A DNA stretch of 63,402 bases, counting the filler, from Choristocarpus tenellus KU-1152 (Eukaryota > Protista > Phaeophyceae): the NCBI GenBank assembly GCA_964200185.2. It is 7 parts of 7 records of this genome, joined end to end, with 100 filler letters (N's around TTAATTAATTAA, not from the genome) between each part and the next. Parts side by side here need not be neighbours in the genome. Positions count along the whole stretch, not along the records: positions 60,705 to 63,402 come from CAXNAD020025553.1; 6 more parts are not named here. One strand, 5' to 3'. Position numbers and translations under genes: made by a program. A model generated the notes under the pieces. That model ran no database searches. It was not told the origin of the DNA and saw only the letters and a program-made list of their open reading frames with translations. The stretch's first letter is position 1; each line of letters starts with the position of its first letter. Positions 62,555 to 63,402 of this stretch are shown here, one piece after another.

Positions 62555-63289
62555 CTTCACTCCCAAGTCTCTTCGGGCACGAATCATTGGAACCACTAGT
62601 ATGAGAAAGCCATCCTGGTGAGGGAAAAACAGAACCCACACAGGCACAAGGAGGTCACACTAATTGGAGGGCGAGGGGGGTTTGATAAACTAAGCACAAA
62701 GAGGACCAATCCAGTCAGACCATGTGTGTGTGTGTGTGGATAAACTTGAAAGGAACGAAAACCTTGAGCAGGTGTAGTGGGCATCCTTTGCACCAATCCT
62801 ATGCACAAAGGGGGCCAGGCCAGGCCAGGCCAGGCAGTGTGTGTGGATAGAGAGCAGGGAAGTACACGACTTTAATGCACTCTACAGCATAGGCATTGTT
62901 TGCCGCATGTGAGAGATTCGCCCAGGTGGCTCTTGCTGCTGCCTTGTGATTGGCATGTGATACACGGATAAGGACAGAGTCAACTAATAATAATAATCAA
63001 GCAGAGACACACACATGCCTGTCACAGGTGGTCCTGGATACACAATAGGAGTTGGAACAAAAACCCAACAACTCACGTCGGTTCAAGGGAAAGAAAGGGG
63101 TTTCAGGTAGAGGTCAAAAAGATCACGACATCAATCTCCCTCGCTGAGTCAGACTTAGTCTTCCCTTCCTCTGACCACCTCACCCTCCACACTTTCAACA
63201 AAGTACTCTTCCTATCATCCCTCCCTTTTCACCTTGACCTCTGGCGCCATGGCAATCAACTGAAGTCCAAGCGGAAACCTCTCTGGAAT
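62555..63289 (-). CDS. Putative small exons of an unidentified gene (63289-63233, 62942-~62871, 62614-62555)
   Basis: Three stop-free phase-0 segments are bounded by AG acceptors and GT donors: IPERFPLGLQLIAMAPEVK, AAARATWANLSHAANNAYAVECIK and DGFLILVVPMIRARRDLGVK. No family recognised. Confidence 0.35.
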
Positions 63290-63402
63290 CTGGCAACAGG
63301 TAACACCCAGTAACACGCAGTGAACAGGGCGGGACGTGGACAGGGTGTGAGCGCTTCCCCCTTCCTCCAGGGGAGGCAGTTATCAAAAAAGACAAAAGTA
63401 AC

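Overview
This is eukaryotic, intron-rich nuclear DNA, most likely from a brown alga or a close stramenopile relative (inferred from GT-AG introns, interstitial TTAGGG tracts and phaeophyte-type RLE retrotransposon relics). It is not one continuous locus. Seven contigs are joined by six identical artificial 100-bp spacers (N44-TTAATTAATTAA-N44), so adjacency across spacers means nothing. Most ORF-track entries are spurious because the real genes are spliced. Genes I could reconstruct exon by exon: (1) two exons of an At5g03900-like plastid protein; (2) a head-to-head pair of a Tudor/SH3-like protein and a 69-aa microprotein resembling the mitochondrial ATP synthase 6-kDa (i/j-type) subunit, which the ORF track misses; (3) a large low-complexity unknown protein; (4) two coiled-coil exons; (5) a head-to-head pair of an ankyrin-repeat gene and a DOT1-like SAM methyltransferase; (6) the last exon of an anoctamin. 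The window also holds a degenerate tRNA-Asp(GTC), a PP2C pseudogene, decayed Ty3/Gypsy and RLE non-LTR elements, a MITE family found at several contig breaks, minisatellites and a candidate pre-miRNA-like hairpin. I found no CRISPR array, rRNA or prokaryotic-type system. The most interesting signals are the hidden ATP-synthase microprotein with its palindromic bidirectional promoter, the atypical DOT1-like enzyme, the hairpin, and an apparent contrast between CpG-rich promoters and CpG-depleted repeats that suggests DNA methylation. All family assignments come from motif recognition, not database searches.
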